A DNA stretch of 64,000 bases from Acidimicrobiaceae bacterium (lineage in GTDB: Bacteria > Actinomycetota > Acidimicrobiia > Acidimicrobiales > AC-14), in assembly GCA_039649175.1 (NCBI GenBank), contig JBBWZS010000020.1, positions 1,450-65,449 of the forward strand. Reading direction: 5' to 3'. The position numbers were made by a program, and so were the translations under genes. The notes under the pieces were generated by a model that saw only the letters and a list, made by a program, of their open reading frames with translations, did not search any database and was not told the DNA's origin. Of the stretch, positions 63,384 to 64,000 are shown in pieces (position 1 is the first letter of the stretch; each line of letters starts with the position of its first letter).

Positions 63384-63941
63384 ATGACGGTAAAGAGCGG
63401 CAGTCACCCCATCGGCCCCGAGAACGGACAGCTGACCATCAACACCTATGTCGGGGGCATGGGGGCGAAGATGGGCCACGACCTCGTCCTCGAGGCCAAG
63501 CGGTGGAACGGCACCGTCAACCTCGACGCCGACAACCCGGGCGCCTCGAGTGTGCAGGTCACCGTGGACGCCGACTCCCTCGAAGTGGTGCAGGCCACCG
63601 GAGGCCTCAAGCCTCTCAGCGACAAGGACAAGGCCGACATCTCCCAGAACCAGGAGAAGACCCTGCAGTACGGCAAGCACCCGCAGATCACCTTCCAGTC
63701 GACGGCGGTCTCGGGCAGTGCCCCCAGGCTGTCGATGCAGGGCAACCTCACCATCGCCGGCAACACCAAGCCCGTCACCCTCGACGTGAGCGTCGACGAC
63801 GGCGCCGGTGGCGCCAAGGTCACCGGCGTCACCAAGCTCCAGCACAGCGACTTCGGCGTGAAGCCCTACTCCAAGATGGGCGCCCTGAAGGTCAAGGACG
63901 AGGTCGACATCCAGGTGGTCGTGAACCTCCCCTCGGCCTGA
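63384..63941 (+). CDS. YceI-family polyisoprenoid-binding-like protein
   Basis: ...HPQITFQSTAV...GNLTIAGNTKPVTLDV...DFGVKPYS. Confidence 0.8.
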   Translation: MTVKSGSHPIGPENGQLTINTYVGGMGAKMGHDLVLEAKRWNGTVNLDADNPGASSVQVTVDADSLEVVQATGGLKPLSDKDKADISQNQEKTLQYGKHPQITFQSTAVSGSAPRLSMQGNLTIAGNTKPVTLDVSVDDGAGGAKVTGVTKLQHSDFGVKPYSKMGALKVKDEVDIQVVVNLPSA

Positions 63942-64000
63942 TCACCGGGCGGATGCGCATGCCTGTTCGAGGGTGACGACGCCCCTCGAACAGGGCCTCC

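Overview
Very GC-rich, densely coding chromosomal segment of actinobacterial type (HupB with a Lys/Ala-rich tail, LCP protein, PspC-LiaS/LiaR-like module, F420-type LLM enzyme), possibly Acidimicrobiia-like, though no taxon can be proven from this window. I call about 65 protein genes. I saw no rRNA, tRNA, CRISPR array, transposase or prophage. Many long ORFs in the track are antisense shadows typical of high-GC DNA. Ordinary content includes rmlB (partial), LCP, pabB/pabC-like, birA, acyl-CoA carboxylase alpha, hupB, metH, pepA, PduO-type adenosyltransferase, a sigma-70 factor, modABC with a Mop/HTH regulator, an envelope-stress two-component module, and several secreted or lectin-like proteins. 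The standout feature is four in-frame TGA codons, each flanked on both sides by family-conserved sequence; three have a clear stem-loop starting 9-12 nt downstream and grdA has only weak candidates. They read best as selenocysteine codons: (1) formate dehydrogenase alpha subunit (fdhD-fdhABC-mobA neighbourhood); (2) a GrdB/GrdH-family selenoprotein B; (3) GrdA selenoprotein A; (4) a rhodanese-CBS protein with a C-x4-U motif. The ORF track splits each of these into two ORFs. The grd-like cluster (grdE/I-like, grdB-like, grdC, CVPC thioredoxin, grdA) is atypical. Its substrate-binding subunit has Phe where GrdE carries the pyruvoyl-forming Cys. No grdD or trxB is present locally. It sits divergent to a copper-amine-oxidase-like gene with a degenerate TPQ motif. 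The Sec-rhodanese-CBS gene overlaps by 8 nt an F420-type LLM oxidoreductase gene and is the most novel-looking element. Together with an SBP56 selenium-binding protein homologue, a CooC-like ATPase, mobA, modABC and a rhodanese-ThiF/MoeB fusion, the window reads as a selenium/molybdenum/sulfur-trafficking neighbourhood. All functional calls come from reading translated motifs by eye. No database search was run.
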